Below, piece by piece: positions 39,835 to 55,343 of a stretch of DNA of 64,000 bases (its first letter is position 1; each line of letters starts with the position of its first letter). Position numbers and translations under genes: made by a program. The DNA is from Blasia pusilla (Eukaryota): assembly GCA_050084515.1 (NCBI GenBank), contig CM114271.1, forward strand, positions 434,001-498,000, read 5' to 3'. Under the pieces are notes generated by a model. It saw only the letters and a list, made by a program, of their open reading frames with translations. It ran no database searches and was not told the DNA's origin.

Positions 39835-42800
39835 ATGGGCAAGTCTAAGAAGAAAACGGTGGAGGTGTGTTCGATCTCTCGGACTGTGTCTCAAAAAATG
39901 GCTCACGATTCTTTCACCGAATTTTGCTGAGTGTGACTGGTCTCTTGTAGAATGTCTGGCTGTCTTTGTGTTAACTGGCTTGTGTCGGGAGCTAGGATCG
40001 TAACGCTGGGCTCGTTGTGCGCGTAATCGTCTTCAGAACTATTTTGGTTAAGAGCTGGTGCAATAGTGCGAGCTTTCCCTAGAACTTCTTGTGGCTCGCC
40101 CATTACATCCACGGTCTATCATAAGTGTGGTCCAGCTGAAATCTTATTATTGGTTCTGTCATTGGTGAGCTCAGGTTGCTGCTCCCGTCGTAACGAAGGC
40201 GGTCCCCGAGAAGAAGGTAGGCAAGCGGGCTCTGGAAGAAGCAACGGACGCCCCTCCGCCTTCCAAGAAAATCAAGCAACAGAAGAAGGCACCTCCACCA
40301 CCGAAGGAAGAATCATCTGAAGAGTCTTCCTCCGATGAGGAGGAGGTAGGAATTGTCCATCGTTATCACTTTCGTCAGCCTCTCAGTAGATATTGCTCAT
40401 AATCACTCTAGGATTGAGTGATTATGTCTCCGCGTATAGACGAATGCGAATGCCCGCCCGTCAGATGCCGAGCTTACTTTGTTGCTTTGTGATTGTTTTC
40501 ATGACAACATTACCTACGTGTGTTTTGCAGGCGCCCAAGGTTGTGGCGAAGAAAGCTGCAGCCGCACCCAAAGCTGCCCCGAAGAAGCCGGTTGTAGAGG
40601 AGAGTAGTGAAGAAGAATCTTCTGATGAGGTATATCACCAAAGGATGCCCAGGTGTCATATGCAGACGGGGCCCGGCCTGCAGAATCTGTTCGCTGTGAT
40701 TAACATTCCTTGCATTCTTTGCAGGAAATGGAAGAAGCTGTGAAAGCAGTTCCAGTGAAGAACGGAAAGGCTGCTGCTGACAGCGATAGCGACGAAGAGG
40801 ACTCTGATGAAGATTCAGACGATGAGGTGACTTCATGATTTCCAGCATCCTCTAAGTTTTGCTGACGTGTACACTACACGAACGCCTATCGCTGAGTTTT
40901 TTGAATGCGGACGAAGTTAGTGCCATCGATTAAAGGGTATCTTACAGACAAGTGTCCCCGAAACTCCCAGATTCGATGGAGTCTGTTCTGATACACGGAT
41001 GCATTCCTTTTTCTCGCGACTTTGCCTTGTGCAGCCTGCTCCCAAAGTGGCAGCTAAGCCTGCTGCGAAGGCCCCTGCGAAGAAGGTAGAAGAGAGTGAC
41101 TCGGACGAGGATGACGAAGACGAGAGTGACGAGGAAGAGGAGGTACACAATTCGACGATGTCGGGACGCTCTTTTCTCTCTTTCTGAATCTAGAGATTAG
41201 ACTATTGACCGTGGATTGTGCTATCGCAGCCCGTGAAGGCCAAGGTCGCCAAGGCAGACAGCAGTGACGAAGAATCTGACGAAGAAGATTCGGACGAGGA
41301 TGAAGAGGTATTCTTATTACATTGGAATGATTTTTGCACACATATCTCTTAATGCATTACACATTTTCTAGATGGTGGTTCACTGAAGGTTATTATTTTA
41401 ATCTGTGAGTAAACTGCCCATGGAGTGCTTCCAGCCTGAGAAGCCAGCGGCCAAGCCTGTCGCCAAGGTCACCAAAGAGGACAGCGACGAGGAAGAAGAC
41501 GATGAAGATGAAAGCGAAGACGAGAAACCTCCAGTGAGTTACAGTGATATGAGCTTATCTTCGAACGTCTCCGATTTTCATAGAAGTTCTTATCCTTCGC
41601 TTGGAATCGGTCACAACTCTCAGCGGTAGATGTAGTGCATCTCTGAATTTTATGTCACTACTTCATTCATCGCCATTTTGTTTAGCCGTGGTAGATCAAC
41701 AGTGAGAGTTCGACTTGTAGTTGACCTGGTAGATTCTGTCAAGTGATTCTGTTTAGTGGAGTTACTAGTTTTCAATGACATTTGCATCCAGATACGTGTC
41801 TTTCCAGTCAGTCGATATTTACCGCAAGATGATATAACTTAAACCCCTCTCATGGTGCAGCCCAAAACTCCAGTGAAAGCAGCCGAAGCAGGTGGTGAAG
41901 GGAGCAAAACTATCTTCATAAAAAATTTGGCGTGGGCTGTAACGAATGACTCTCTGTAAGTCCGCGGGAATCTTGATGTGTTGCCGTTTATAGTGAACAA
42001 TTGATTCTCCTGCTTTTGCAAACCTTTCCAAACTGAACATGACGTGATCCCTGCAGGTATGAGTTCTTCAAGGATTGTGGTGAGGTTGTAGACGTGAGAA
42101 TCTCCCAGGATGATCAGGGAAGGTCTCGAGGATTTGGACACATCGAATTTGACTCAGCTGCCGCTGCAAAGAAGGTACTGGATCTTTCTGCTGTGTCTAC
42201 TTTGCCGTACCTGCAATGAGCACAACCTCGATATGAGACTCCCATATCAGATAGCTTCAATACATTGACAATACCGATTTCCAGCCCTAACCTATCAAAC
42301 GTGTGTAATCTATGTTTCGTGAGCGCAGGCTGTTGGCAAGAGTGGCAAGAGCCTTGAGGGGAGAGAGGTTTTCTGTGATATTGCGCATGAAAGGGGACCT
42401 CGAACTCCTGGAGGCACCCCTGGTAGACAAGACTTCAAGTCACCTGGGTACAAATTCCTTGACTCTACTGAACTCATTTCTCAGACATTCCGTGCTGCTG
42501 AAAGTTTTTGCGTCTTTTCATAACTGACCCTCTATTTCCTTGAATCTCTCAGAGCCAATGGAGCCGGTACTCCTAGAGCAGGTTCAGACAAAACTGCGTT
42601 TGTGAAGGGTTTTGACAAATTCCAGGATGAGGATTCGGTATGGTTCACCTTTACATTTGTGTACGAAGGTATCCATTAGCATTTTCTACAAATGAAGATG
42701 AGTTTCCTTTTTTTCTGAAGGTCTTTGGTTTCTTGTGTAGATCCGGAATGGCTTGACAGAGCACTTCAGTGACTGTGGAGATGTGATTAACGTCCGTATT

Positions 42801-43614
42801 CCTACTGACCGGGAGACAGGAGAAATTAAAGGGTAATCTTTCATTAAAGCTGAATGAGTCTCCTGATTTCTGAAGTAATTGAATGCTCCTTAGTTCCCCT
42901 GTTTATGAATTATATAATTCACCTAGCTTTGTCAGCCATGAATATGGACTATAAATCACCAAAACCATGTATCTCTTGTCCCGTGTGAACTTATCAACTA
43001 TTTGCCCCAGAAGAGTCTTTGAAGTTTGGTCCATACTTAACATCTACTTTCTGTCCACAGTTTTGCCTACGTGGAATTCAGTGACAAAGATTCATTCTCG
43101 AAGGCTCTTGAAATGGACGGGACAGACTTCAATGGCCGGAATATTGTTGTCAATGAGGCTGGTCAGCCTACACCAGGTGGTAGTGGTGGTGGTGGAAGAG
43201 GCTTTGGTGGGGGTCGAGGTGACCGAGGAGGCAGAGGTGGTAGAGGTGGAGGCTTTGGTGGCCGAGGGGGTTTTGGTGGCCGCGACGGTGGTATGTAGTT
43301 TTTAATCATTACATGTATCCCTTACAATGATTTTCACTTAAACCATCTGGGATAGACCCGACTTATTGTTTTATCGTTTGCAGGTAGAAGAGGAGGCCGA
43401 GGTGGTGGTCGAGGGGGTCCAGGTGGTGACCGAGGCAGGGGCGGAAGATCTAAAGTAAACCTTGCTGCTGCTGGGACAGGTACATTTTTGAAAATTTAAA
43501 CCTAGTTTTCTCTGGATTCTTCTAGAACTCTCATGGATATCTTTCACATATTCTCAGACTCTAAAATGTGTTTTTTGCCTTGCAGGAAAGAAGACAACTT
43601 TTGGAGATGATTAA
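39835..43614 (+). CDS. NUC1: Nucleolin (plant type: acidic N-terminal repeats, 2 RRMs, GAR tail); 15 coding exons from 39835-39864 to 43586-43614
   Basis: MGKSKKK start; several K/A/P-rich plus acidic exons; RRM1 KTIFIKNLAW...RGFGHIEF; RRM2 KTAFVKGFD...KGFAYVEF; RGG/GAR domain; ends GKKTTFGDD*. Introns are GT-AG. A 5'-UTR intron probably starts at 39346. Confidence 0.93.
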
Positions 43615-45519
43615 ATAAGATTATCAGAGTCCCACGCTCCTGCAATCCTTACTACTAACTTTCTTAGTATCTTCCCGCAAAGGTCACTTCAGGTACACTT
43701 TTGTTAGTGAGCTCTTCTTTTTAGTGCAGTAGAAAGTCATCAGCTTTGTACCTGGAGGCTACAGTGGGGATTTGACTATATAACAACGGATGCAATGTAG
43801 ATGTATGAGCCATAGGAATTCTCGAGCATAGATCGACTGACCTGTTGGAGTTTGTTTGACATGAGTAGATAAAATTTGGTCGGTTTAGACAAATCTACTC
43901 TGGCTTGTGGTACATTTCTGGCCGGATCATATCCCGTATGCTCAGCTGCAAAACCCCAATTGCCTTGAGTGAAGAGTATGACGTACCAATTTGGCATAAG
44001 CTGCTGCTGGTGAACCACACCCTTAACCTTGTAATTCTTTGGTTTGATAAAATTGGCCTCTTGCCTTGCTACAAGCGTTATATAATTTACCAGATGCTGG
44101 TAACGCACAGTAGAGACCGGCTCACGATTCTCTTGGAGTGAGGAATTATTTTTCAATACTTCAGCAGCTGGTGAAAGTTATGGGAGTGGATTAAACATTG
44201 TCCAATTCGAGTCCAATGTAGATGATGTAGAACAATCCATGAACGCAGTGGCGGAAACAAGGTGTGGGAAGTTTACATAACCGCCGCAGTTTTCAGTGTA
44301 ATCATAGACCTGTAAACCTGGAAAGGAGTGTAGAAGTCCAATTCAATCTAAATCTAGAAAGTAAGTGTGGAACTGTGACATTCTAACGATAGTTAATCTC
44401 CTAGAGCGCAAAATCACCCTGGTGAAATTATATGAAAATGAGTTCACCGCAAATTGTTGAAGAGTGTTGTCTAAACAGCCACGCGGTTCTCAATGTGGAA
44501 CTGCGCGCAAGTCCCCTCCAAAACGAATTCTCGATAAATGAATTGTATATCAGAAACAATAGATCAAAGATTACATCACAAAAGAAAGTACTCCAATTAA
44601 CATGCAAGTAAACATGCTGTAGATAAAATCATTTTTGCGAACGTATTTTAATTCTTGAAGTAATATTTAATAATATCATATTCTTTCATCTATTTCCATA
44701 GTCCGAAGCTACTTTCTCGAGGTCTTAACGGAAGCATTGCTAACGCGTAAGAAATTTACTAGTATGGAGGAGATGAGAATCTGAAACGTGAATACGACTT
44801 TAACACACCTCCATCACTTCCATCAAAGGTGGAAATTTGAAGGTAGGGAAAGTAAATGAGTCAGACTAAATCACTTTTAATCAACATTCAATTTGGGAGA
44901 CGTCGCCAACATTGTCTCTGTTTACTCCATTTGAACTCGATCTGCCTAGCTAAACTCTCATTTTCACACACCACCCATGATTTCTTCATTCAATTTTCTC
45001 CCCTAAACATGATATTAAGATAATGAATTGGAATATGCATATATAATTCAAAACTAATGAAACAAAACTCTTCCTGAAGTTGCAATATCGAACAAAGTTA
45101 AGTTAATGCAATAACGATCATAATTCGAACATGAAGTAACAAAACATTTACAAATCAGGATGAAAGAAAAAAGAGAAATTTTGTAGAAGAAATGATCTAC
45201 AACAAAATCATGTAAATCCGATGTTACGAACACATATAGCTCCTATGTTACATAAAATTAAATGATACACTGGCATTTGGCAGTACAAGCAGCTCTCCCA
45301 AATTCAATGGAAAAGCTCATTTTCTCTCTCTCTTTCATTCTTATCAACTTCTCTTGTAGAGACCCATGAGATATGATATGCCTTTGTTGTCGAATTCTTC
45401 ACTTTGCTTAGTAATTCAACACTCATGCAGTTGGTAAAGTCACACTATCGTTTTGTAACTTCATGAGGCTTTTCCGTCACACATGAGACCGCATCAACTT
45501 AGAGTTGCCAGGCCAGCTT

Positions 45520-47260
45520 GTTCGGGGACGATAGCCTCAGGGTAGAGGGATTTTCTTGATGTGTATCTCGAGTGTGGTTCTCTAAGTGGATGTGGAGAGC
45601 GCCTCAACTTAGTGTCATCGGGAGCTAACTTTTCAAAGTTGAGGGAACCAAGTCATCCCATTGCCTCATTCCTTTCGCACAAGCTTTCTATGAAGTCCCT
45701 TTGGTCCTCTATTTGCACCGTGATTGATTCGAGGAGGAGATCACAGTTTTGGAGTCTGTCATCAAGACTTATCAAGATGATCCTCTGAATGATGCATTAT
45801 TTGCTTTGGCCCATCACCGAGGGGTCTTTTTTACGGTGGAGGGTATTCTGGGTTGTATTTTCCCCTCGTTGGTAGATGATACTTAAATTGTTGGCCTAAG
45901 AGATCTTGTCGTCCTTGCATTTAAGCACAAAATTTTGTCCTGAATTTCGTGGCGGCGGCTCTTATTGAGAATCTACTCTGTATTGATGATCTGACAAGGG
46001 TTGATAATCCTCAAGTCGCCTATGGCATTCTCCCTTCTTGTTTTTCTTGTCAATCTCGTTATCACGCTAGAATTATTTAGATGTCTAATCACCTTTCTAC
46101 CTCTATAGATCCTCCAAGAGGAAGATCATACAAGTGTTTGGGGGATTTTCTTAATTAGTTTCTTCTGGTCAACCTGGGCTCCAATCTTCATTAATGGAAG
46201 CCCACTTTGAGGAAGTATTTAGAGATACTATATCAAATGGAGATATTGGCATGGAGGCTTAAGCCTTTATTTGCTCTTGCTTTGTAAAGGGGAAACGCTC
46301 ATGGGCGGGGGGCTCGCTCTCTCATTTCGGCTTTTTGTAACGCATCACTTACCTATACAACAACAATGTGGTTCCAACTGGGCCTCCCTAAATAATTAGT
46401 GGTTAGTTCAACAGAGTGTAAGTATTGCTAGAGTCAGGATCCATTTAGTGTGCATTTAGCATGTTGTCTAGTTGGGGATGAGAGGACTGCCACTCATGAT
46501 GATATGCAGGATATCATGTTCATTATTGCTAGTAAGAATGACTTCCATATATGTAGAGAGAGATAGGCACTACTCCATACGGGATTTCCTTATTCGTGTT
46601 GATCTTTATATGATGTGAGACGGTAAGGTGGTGGCGGCATATATCATAGTGAAGGATCCTACAAGGGAGGTTGTGCGAGCCCAAGGTGGTGGCACAAGGG
46701 AGATTACTATAAGGAGCGGTGGTGGTGGCTGAAATCTTGAATAAGATTCATCTTTATAGTCGACTTTATGATGGATATCGATTCATCCCTGTAGCCATAG
46801 GGATGTATTGGGCTATGAGGGTGAGGTTTGACGTGATGCTTTCAAATTACGCTCATCTTCTCGAGTCGAGAAATGGGTTGTCCTTAGCCATTTCGATTCT
46901 TTACTATAGGCAACGAGTCTACATAGTTGTGTAGTCTACCCTGGCTAATGGGCTTTTGTGGAAGGGTCATGTTTTGCTAGACATGGGGGCTAGAGAGGCC
47001 ACTTGGAGGTAATCATGTCTCTCAAGGTGTTGCTGGTATTGGCGATGTTGTTGGTGAGTTTAGCTGGTAGGGAGGATGCCCCGTTTCCTTCTTTCGGGCC
47101 GATTATGGCCTTCACGTAATCGACTCTTCGAGTCCTCCTCTTTTATACTCCTCATGGGTTTGCCATCATGCTCTTTATTGATCTTTTCCTTTCCTATCAT
47201 GTCTTTAAGGAATCAAGTCAAACCTCTCTTTATCTTGTTAGGAGACTCCCATACCTATGG
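45520..47260 (-). mobile_element. Degenerate LINE fragment (endonuclease and downstream linker)
   Basis: Homologous to 1-486. Minus-strand agt cga cta taa aga tga reads as a decayed SRLDRW. Boundaries are approximate. Confidence 0.45.
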
Positions 47261-47989
47261 GTCGTCATAGGCAGGGATGTCGCTAGGAGGGTGGATTGGA
47301 GTTGAGTGTGAGATTGGATGCCTTGTTGCATAAGCGGTGTGTGAAGATTCGATATTTCCTATACTTGCATAACCAAGACCATAGTAGATATTGGAAAGCT
47401 TGGGCCCATGTCTTGCATTCATCAATGAGGCAACTCATGTGATGGGTAATGATGGTATTCTCGAGATTAGATTGCTCAAGTTTAAGGCTATCAATATACT
47501 TGAGTTGTGTTGCTTGTGCATCAATATGCTTAACATGTTGGGTAACATCATCATTGGAGATGCCTCATATATCATTCCGGATCATGTTGGCAAAGTCGAG
47601 GTAGGATTTTGTCACGTGAATGTGTTAATATTATAAAGAATCTTTTAGTGAGATGGCCCATTACAAAAAGGTGTTTCAACTTATACTTGTTCCTCATATT
47701 GGGGTTATGTAACTTCTTCACCATGAGGCTTATAAAAAGTTGGAAGTTTATTTACTAGAATTGGGGGATATTGATCATAATTTTTTCTTATTCCAACAAC
47801 ATCCATGGGTTGTAAGTTCATATTTTGATGTACTGGTCAAAGAATAACGTTTGTGCTCCTCCCACATGCACGAGATCCAAACTCGTAAGATGCCATTCTC
47901 TAAAGATACGGAGACTGATTAGCATAGTCAAAATGAACAATTAACATTGAGACAATCCATGGCCAAAAACTTGGAAGTCATCAAGTATG

Positions 47990-50900
47990 AACATTCCGAA
48001 AGTTTAGAATTGTTATATGCTCTTACTTTGGAAAGCATGACATAGACAAGTCTATGTGGAAACGCCGATTTCATAACTACAAGAGAGTTTCCATGTATGG
48101 TTGGCCTGTGACTATTATGTCCTCTAGCATATCTAAAATGAGAAGGAAAGCGCGTTGGTTAAATTATCATATGATCTATGTTTGAGTGTTACAAAGTTAG
48201 TGTGGGCAACCTTCATGAGTTCTTGAGTAAGAATGGTTTTTCAAGTATCTCAATAAGACTGTCATTTTTGTAGACAACACTATTTACAATTACTTTAGAA
48301 CCATTTGGAGCTCCAAGCTTGAGATTTACATTACATATGAGCATAACCTTACAACCAATAGCAATCAAATAAAGTTGATGAAAATGTATGTCTTCAATGC
48401 ACTCATAAAAACATGGCTTTGGTGGACAATCTATATGAATGCCAACTAGTGTAACTTTGACTTTTACAATGAAATAATGTAGCTCTTGGAGATTGGACCA
48501 ATCAATATCTCCATGATACGAGCAAATTATTTATGTATCATAGCTAGTGAAATCAACAACTGGGTCTTCATAAAGGATGAATGGGGCCAGATTAGTGTCA
48601 ATATCATTTTGAGAGAGTATAGAGGGGTTTAAATCATATTTTTTCATGAAAATTCTTGGGCAATCAAGAATTGTAAAAAGTCTTGACCACTAATAAGATA
48701 AAGTGGTTCTTGAGGAGTGTATACTTCTATTGTGTAAATAATTGAGAGTAGAAAATATGGCATACTGTACAAAAAGTTTAAACTTTGATGCTTATAAACA
48801 AGGGGCAACTAGGAAAGGTTGGCAATAAGAATATCAAGCTTTGTGCAAAAAGGATGTATCGGAGCTCCTACATAATTCTCCTTTGATTTTATTGCAAGAC
48901 ATCTAAGCATAGTGGAAATATCTCACTTGATTGGAATACAAAGGCAAAATGGAGGATTGTGGCCTTGGTATGAAGCCTTGCTGCAACAATACCAATAGTT
49001 GCCTTGAGGATACATTTTAGAAAATGCAAGTTCTTGAATTGTTTCATGAATGCTATAAAGTAGGTTTTACCATAACCTAGAGGTCGTGTTACATGAACCT
49101 ATCCATGTGTCTTCTCTTTAAGAATAAGAAACACATAAGAATCTTGAGAGTTTAGTTGAGAGTTGTTAATGATGGGATTGTCTACCTCAATAGTGTATGG
49201 GAAAATTGCTAATGTGCTAGTATTGGCCATAGACATGACAAAAAAAATGCCAAAATCAAGTATGCATAAGAGAATTTCACTTAGGTGTGCAATAACCTCC
49301 CTAATATAGAGAGGACTCCATATGTTATTAAGGGTGGATACGTTGATAATTTCTCCCACATCCCCTAAAGAAAAAAATATATCCTATGAATGCATTCATG
49401 AGAGTACATCCAACCGATAGACTCTTATGACAATATTTTAGATTTTTCTTGGAAAGGAATATTTCACATTAGAAATTTATTAAAGAATTATTTTTATTGA
49501 TGTAGGAGATGATCTTTGGTGAATCTAACAATATTTTCTATTTGATATTCCAAGTTACTCGGAGAGTCATGGCCAACAAAGTGATCGATGGATGAAGGAT
49601 GATTTTAGCCGAATGATATCTTCCAAAGTAATCTACGAAGGTGAGCATTGATAGATAGTCTAGGAAGCGTGAATACAATATTGTAAAATATGTACATTAG
49701 TATAAAAGACTTCCTAAAACAATCTTGTATGCCTTTGTAGAGGACTTGAGTTCATATAGATGACAAAGTGAGAGTGATACATAATAGATATTTGTAATGG
49801 TATAAGGTCAGCATGAGTAGAAGAAATTGGTCTATTTAATACAACTCTTAATATTGTTTGTAGACAAATCTCATCAAGATCAACAAGTCTGAGGACATCA
49901 GGTGATTGTGTATAAATGCTTGGAGTTCCTGTTGGTTCACATTTAAGCACATATATAATAAGGTAAAAAGGACCAATCAAAATTTGTCATGCATCGTATT
50001 TTCATGTGTTCTCCTCAAAAAAGGAGGAGCAAATGGTGGTAGGGGATTACATTTTTTTGATGCGATCTGAGCTTATACTATTTCCATCTCATTGTTGTAG
50101 GGTCTATCATGGGTTTTATCTTCTTATTTACATCTATAAGGAACTTAAGGTGCAAAATGGGGCCTCGAACTTCTTTATCGTTATGTACTTGTTTGATAAT
50201 GACAAATGTATGCAAAAACCTATTAGGCATACATGAAGATGTAGCAAGAGGTAGGCGTCTAGCTATGTTTTGTAGTATGTAACAACAAAACTTACATGTG
50301 ACGACATCAATATCAATAGCATCTACCCAAAGAATCATATGGCAATGAAGGTTGCCCTTGACCTATAGCTCATAGCTAGAAGGTCTTTTATTACACTCCC
50401 AAGTCTCTTGCAACCAACAAGTATGTAAATGTTAAGAAAGGCATGTACTTGCACATGGAAGAGAACTATGCATTCTATCGGGGTATCTCTCCGTGTAAAT
50501 GCACAATTCAACTTCCAAAGTATTTGTTCAATGTCATGGAATTGAGGCCATCTAGTTTCAAACAATTCATTAGAGGTAAGAATAAAAATAAATGGCGGAG
50601 TCCCCTATCTATTCACCATTGCTCTCAAATCTTGTAAATGTTGATGATACCATGTTGGGCTTCCTTGAAGCTAATTATTAAGATAATTTTTGCAAAATCT
50701 TCTATAGAGTTCCTCTTGTGATATTTTAGGATTCTCCTTCTTCAATTAGTCTAAGTCATAATTGAGGATGCACAATCTTGTTAAGGAGGCAACGGAAATT
50801 GGTTGTGTTCGTTGGTGTATAAGGAATGAAAAGGGTTTAGGGAGTGTAAATATGCTAAAAAATTGCCTTGTTCTTTGGCGCATTTATTTTGCAAAGGAAC

Positions 50901-51100
50901 CATTTCTAGAGTAGTGGTCATATAGATAAGGAAGCATGAATGGGAGAGTTCCTATTTCAATCGCAAGGCGATTGTTAGAGCTTTACACAATTGCAATAAA
51001 TAATCAATTCGTGTCTTAAATTATTCTGAGAACAACTAGTATGGTGTTTGGGTTGGGTATATAATGGACAAATATTCCTTACAAAGAGGATTAATCTCCA
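47990..51100 (-). mobile_element. Highly decayed Helitron-like Rep/PIF1-helicase remnant
   Basis: Minus-strand PIF1-like motifs: ILIANLS*LPLV (~48800, GDxxQLPPV-like), IGCKVMLICNVNLKLGAPNGSKVIV (~48285-48360), AFPHRLVYVMLSKVR (~48020-48065). Weaker Rep-like YVLKCEP (~49940) and QPKHHTSC (~51040). Boundaries are approximate. Confidence 0.6.
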
Positions 51101-53068
51101 AATTGACAAGAGGTACTTTTTCAACTTTGTTGTAGAGAAGCTTATGTTTGATTGGTGAGACTATTGGCTACCCCAATTGATTAGTGGCCTATCAAGTAAA
51201 GATATGATACAAAAATATCCCATATGGAGACCATTGTATTTTGTATGAATGCCTATAAAAATTCAATTACTAAGAGCAATTGTTGATATACCCCGTTTTT
51301 CCACGCTCACATCTTCAGGCACCCATCCTCATGGAGCCATAATTACTCTTCCTTCACCGCACTCTTACTACTAGGAACCCCCGTACATACAATACCTACA
51401 TGTTTATGCCTTACTACCTTAGTCCTTGGCAGGCATATCTATGCAACCCTTACCTTCCGTCATGTGTTACCTGACTATGTGCGGCTCCAAGACCCTCTAC
51501 AGCTCAATTTCTTCACTCGGACGCCCTCATGGCCGCGTGACCTAACCCTACACCGGGTGCGCCCTAACTAGCCCCTCGGCGGCTGCAAGGTATGAACGCA
51601 CACTCTCTCTCCTTCCCAAATTTTTTGACATTCACTGCTCACTTGTCGATGCAACACTTGCAACCACCCGTCGCCACAACCTGCGCTACCCCCTTCTGCT
51701 GTCCCCCATCAACCCATACCAACGAGATCTAAGAAAAACGGACAACACTTCCGTGCACAACCTTCCAAACACAAAAATGACAAAAAATTGCACATACGCG
51801 TCTCTAGGGCTCCCCACCGAGGCAACTCACTTGCCTACCTACAAAAAATGAATTCCCTGCCCCCTCGCAACATCTTTCTCATGTAAAATCAAGAGTAGTA
51901 AAAATGGCTCACTAGGCCTAAAACTCCACTCATGAATCTACATCGGCATATTGAACCACATCCACCCTCTGCTATTAGAGAATCCGGACGCTAGCACCTT
52001 AACTCCTACACATCCACACACGTCTATGCAAGAGAGGTGCTCCTAAGGCTCAACATGAGAAAGATGGCTTGAGAAAGCCATCTCTCTCACTCTTCCCCCA
52101 AAAATAGCCCTACCGACGGTAACTTGTGTGCACAGGTTACCGGATGACCATTGACCAAGTCAACGGGTCGCATGACGGACTTAAACCAAAATAGGGAAAT
52201 TGCCATAAATGACGTTCCCGACATAATAGACCTGTCACCAACCTCATCCGACATCTCGGGACGAAGTTACACCCAAACAAACCTACTAATTCTGTATGTT
52301 GTCGACGCGATAGAACTCTACCTACGTTGAGATAAGATGTGATAGATGAGACCTTCTTGCAAAATAACGTTTTTCTATTTTTCTTCCTTTTCGAGGATTT
52401 CATCTTAAACTTGAATTTGAAAGTGGATCCAAGCATGCTCCAAGGTTTCAAGGAAAATAGAGTTGTGATCAAAAGCCCAAAAATAGTAAGGTGGTTTTAA
52501 TTAGGACTCGCACGATTAATTATACCTTCTAGCTAAATAGGGTCTTTCTACTTTCCATCTTATTCAACGATTTTTTCTTGACCTAAAATTTTGGACACTT
52601 GATCCTTAAGGTGTATCTATATTTTGTGAAAAGTTTCAAGGAGAACGGAGTTATGGCGAAGAGCTCAGAAATTAGTGGGTTGTCCGATGGATCCCCCATT
52701 CTCTTTTCCCCTCAAAACTCATAACTTGACATGAAACTTTCTCTCTTGGTGTTTTGGAAAGTTTTTATAACTTGCCTATAAAATCTTTTGGAAAGTAAAT
52801 ATGCCAAAAAAGTTCTCTCCTCAAAGCGGTACTTTTTAATCGGAGCTTTGATGTAAAATATTACTTTATTATCGAGAATGTTACAAAAAGGAATCTCTAT
52901 AAAATGACATTCTTACAAAACTCTTTACAAAACAAGTTCATTATAACTATTTACTAGTATGTTTCACTAACTTCACCAATGACTCTATTAGTCTTGATCT
53001 ATGGTTGGGTTTGGTGGGTTTAGATGTAGGCGGTAATTTGGCGGCTCAAGAGTTCTAAGTTGGATGGA

Positions 53069-55343
53069 TCAACGAAGATTTCCTATTGCAATTGTTTCAT
53101 CATTGGAGGAAAAGTATGAACTATCCACGATTTTGTTGGAAGGTTGAGAGTTATGTACAACAGGTATGAGAACCTCATCATCACCAGACTCATCTACTAA
53201 GTCCACTCTTTCAACATTCAAAGATTGTGGAGGAGGATCCCTTTGTGGTTCACTAGACTTGGTGGAATAATTCTGAATTCCTACTGGTGCAATAATATGA
53301 GGATCATAGGTTGTGTTAGCAGAAATGCTACTTGTATCGCTTCGATTGAAGTCCTCTGTTGTTGTTCTTTCTCGTGCTCTCGAATCCAATTTTCCATTAC
53401 ATAGTCATCTTGGTTGCTTCCATAAGGGCTAAGGCTCAGATGATATATTGGCCCCTCGGATTCAGAGTTTTCAATGTTGCCTATATGGATATCGTGCCCA
53501 CCTTTGGTGCCTATATTCCACATAGTACATCCATACCCTCTAGGTTCTCATCTTGCAAGTCGAGGTTATCTTCATGATAACCATCATGATTTATCATATG
53601 TAAGCTAGACTCACTAATGTATTCTACAACCCTTATAGCTTTTTTTTGTCCATCCCTTTCAAAGAAGTATTGCCCGCACAATAATGCTAGTTTCGATTTT
53701 CTTGAAACACCCTTGTCTCCAAACCTTGAGTCTGTAGATGTATACCAAATCTCTAACACGCTTATTGGTCAAATTAAGTCTGTGCTCATTATGCACTAAA
53801 CCTAACTACTCCAATTTCTCTCCGCTAAAGAGGAAGAGACCACTTGTGCTAATATGGATTTAGCCAAAGAGCGCAATGTTGGGGCACCTTGACCAATTGC
53901 ATGCTCCACCAATTGGAGGGACGAAGTGAATCGACGACTTTCCTGCCAAACTCATCCACAAATAGTTCTTGAAGGTTCACAATGTTGCCCAACTCTCGCA
54001 AAAAAGTAGCTATATAAGAATTTGCCTCGATGACGTTGAGGCTATGCATCACCTTTTGCATAGACTTTCAATTATTGTTTCAAATCCTCATGCACTCAGC
54101 ATTTGAGGTGACGTCTTGAAATACTATCAAGAAGATTGTAAGGGGCGAGAATAAATGCATGTAGCCTACTGTATGTAATTTATAGTGGATAAGTTCCCAA
54201 TGCTTAGAAATAACATCAATCATTTATGTAGCTATGGACATTGTTACGAAAAATTCGCGGCGCCGTCCATCCACACAAGGCCATGGAGTTACAGGATAAA
54301 AATAATTCGCTTCCATTATCTCAAATATACTGCGATAAATATGCTATGTCATTGGCTTAAGACCATTACACTCTCTCAACAGAATAATAGTTTGCAAAGC
54401 TGCAAGAAACAATTCTTCACCTTCTATAAAAAAATCGTGATTTCCCACAATAGTTTTGATCTCTTGTTCCTTCTCCCTTTGCCTCACATACCTCCCATTG
54501 AAGTACTCCCTAAAAGCATTTGTGGCAACCACGGCACATAATATCTTCCTTAATTCTAAGATATGTCTCAACATTATAAAGTTTGTTGCAAAGCGTGTAT
54601 TTGCAAGAAGCAACAATCATGTCTTCATTGGGTTGATTTCCATGAATTTGGCCATCATCCAAGTTCTTGTATTCATAAATACTACCATCTCATGAGCTTA
54701 TGTAAAAATCCTCTCCACCCAAGGCTACTTATTCCAATCTTCGCATACTATATCAAGAGAATGTAAGACGCGTTCATCCCAAAGAGTATGAGGATTTCCC
54801 CTCGGTGTCTATCAACTTGATCATGACCTCACCTTGAGGACACAAGATCATGATGTTCACTAAAGACTCACTCCTCATATTAGTCTAAAAGTCCGTGATG
54901 ATTGTGGCCCCGAAACAGAAATTATCGGATATGCCATCCACCTTTTTCTTCACCTTTCCCATATGTTTCTCAAGCAGAATGGTGCGCGACCAAGTATAAC
55001 TAGGACTTGAGTAACACTTCACATTTCTTGATGCCAACACTACTAGCTTGAAAGCATCTTGCCGTACTTTGTTGTTGAATTGTATTTCAGAATTCTAGAA
55101 ACACATCGCCCATATATCATTTGCAACTTCTATTCCTTTGATGTTGAAAGAATCCTTGATATCAGCTTGCTTCTTTCTGGTACTACTAGTCGTCCAACTC
55201 AGCCCAGTTACTACTCTGCATTCATCGAGATTGTAACTCTGTGATATATCTGAAATCCCATCAACATTGGACACAACGTAAATACTATTTCCTGTGTATT
55301 GCAAACCTACTTGTAATGGCATCGTCTCCTCCACTTCACTCAA
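53069..55343 (-). pseudogene. hAT-superfamily transposase remnant (DUF659/RNase H-like plus C-terminal dimerisation region)
   Basis: NTRFATNFIML (54344-54616 ORF); PSNWW...LRSLAKSILAQVVSSSLAERNWS across a frameshift (~53800-53930); N-terminal IWAMCF*NSEIQFN. Many stops. Confidence 0.75.

Noticed and set aside
40346-43585. Intronic snoRNAs in nucleolin (vertebrate nucleolin hosts some)
   Set aside because: Only degenerate ATGATT/CTGA matches and one short hairpin (cataatcactc...gagtgattatg); no convincing C/D or H/ACA structure by eye.
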